Positions 63,003 through 64,000 of a stretch of 64,000 bases of DNA are shown here, piece after piece. Origin of the DNA: an uncultured Chloroflexia bacterium (lineage in GTDB: Bacteria > Chloroflexota > Limnocylindria > Limnocylindrales > CSP1-4); the NCBI GenBank assembly GCA_963720755.1, contig CAVRGP010000002.1, positions 64,001-128,000 of the forward strand, in the 5' to 3' direction. The notes below the pieces were generated by a model. It saw only the letters and a list, made by a program, of their open reading frames with translations, had not been told where the DNA came from and searched no databases. Position 1 is the stretch's first letter, and the number at the start of each line of letters is the position of its first letter. The position numbers and the translations under genes are program-made.

Positions 63003-64000
63003 ATGGCCGTACGGCTCCACATGACGCTCGGCATCGTTGCCGAACATGACCGACTCGCCGACTCCCCGGATACGCTCATCGTCGTCGAACCGAGCGTCGG
63101 CTCCGTCGCGCGCTCGAAGGGCTACCTGTACCTGCTCGTGACATCGCGGATCTCCTCGCGTCACGCCCTGGAAGCGACCCGCCTGGCCGCCGAGACGATC
63201 CGAAACGAGTATTACTACGACGAGTCAGCCGGGATCCGGGTCTGTCTCCAGAAGGCGATCGGGACGGCAAACAAACGGTTGGCTCACCAGGCGGATCGCC
63301 TCGGACTCAAATCCCCGGATGGCAACGGCCCGATCGGCATCGGCGTCGCCGTCGTCCGCGGCAGCGAGATGTACGTCGCGACGGTCGGGCCGGCCGAGGC
63401 GTACCTGATCCGCCAGGCTCGGCTGTCCACCCTGCCCGACCCGAACCGGGCGAGCGGCCTTCCGTCCGACGCGCTTGAACCCGATGTCTGGCGCGGCGAG
63501 GTGTCGGTCGGCGATTCGCTGGTCTTGATCTCGCCCAACGTCATCGCCAAGCTCGGCGCCGATGAGTTGAAGGACGCGATGCTGACGCTCCACCCGCAGT
63601 CGGCGATGGAGCACCTGCATCAGCGCTTCGTGGCGGCCGACGGGTCCGGCAGTGACGGCGCGATCTCCTTCGAGGCGACCGAGCTGTCGTCGACCAGCCG
63701 GGCGCGGACGCTGGTCCCGGTGCGACCCGCAGAGCCGCTGGCGGGTGCCCCGGACCGGTCACCCATCCCGTTGGCCGACAACGTCCAGGCGGCCGGAATC
63801 GCGGTCACGGCCGCTGCCGGCAATGCGCGAACGGCCGCCGGTGGGGCGGTCGGGCGGATCGTCACCCGCCTCCAGGACCTCATGCCCCAGCGGAAGCAGG
63901 CCTATCGACGCGTCACCCCGTTGACGTCGCGGCGGGAGACCCAACGACGGGCCGCCCTGGCTCTCCTGGCCCTGGTGATCGTCGTGGGTGGCCTGGGCCT
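63003..64000 (+). CDS. Membrane protein with degenerate PP2C-like N-terminal domain (3' truncated by window)
   Basis: Open frame from ATG 63003 (SD GAGAGG): KGYLYLLV, ANKRL, YVATVGPAEAYLIR, GDSLVLISPN; TM begins at window end; TATAAT at 62858-62863. Confidence 0.75.
   Translation, partial: MAVRLHMTLGIVAEHDRLADSPDTLIVVEPSVGSVARSKGYLYLLVTSRISSRHALEATRLAAETIRNEYYYDESAGIRVCLQKAIGTANKRLAHQADRLGLKSPDGNGPIGIGVAVVRGSEMYVATVGPAEAYLIRQARLSTLPDPNRASGLPSDALEPDVWRGEVSVGDSLVLISPNVIAKLGADELKDAMLTLHPQSAMEHLHQRFVAADGSGSDGAISFEATELSSTSRARTLVPVRPAEPLAGAPDRSPIPLADNVQAAGIAVTAAAGNARTAAGGAVGRIVTRLQDLMPQRKQAYRRVTPLTSRRETQRRAALALLALVIVVGGLG

Overview
High-GC bacterial chromosome segment spanning the replication origin. 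Gene content and protein style suggest a monoderm lineage, probably Chloroflexota (inference, not tested). Left to right: F1Fo ATP synthase operon start; three surface/membrane proteins; wecA-like, glyA, tsaC, HAD, prmC, prfA, DUF1385, rpmE, rpmA, rplU; an orphan DUF2344; AI-2E transporter and a J-domain protein; an ion-transport trio downstream of mreD-mrdA-rodA; two parS sites; parA-parB-gyrB-(PaaI, AlkD-like)-gyrA-prs; secA; a small Cys-rich ORF abutting frameshifted prfB; GNAT; ftsEX; S41 protease; smpB; proline-racemase-family gene; a c-di-AMP-riboswitch-led MFS; tandem repeats; tmRNA; P1B-5 ATPase-hemerythrin and catabolic genes; jag-yidC-yidD-rnpA-rpmH; dnaA-oriC-dnaN-recF-dciA; and a partial PP2C-like membrane protein. 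No integrase, transposase, CRISPR array, rRNA or tRNA was seen. The best novelty candidates are: (1) an unannotated promoter / perfect-SD / 16-aa peptide / hairpin unit in front of smpB; (2) a twin-CX3CX2C micro-protein coupled to RF2; (3) a c-di-AMP riboswitch that appears wired as a translational ON switch. Homopolymer indels (rodA, gyrB) and recurrent GAATTGG sites at normally Ser/Ala positions suggest long-read, possibly methylation-linked, errors. All calls are by-eye recognition with no database searches.
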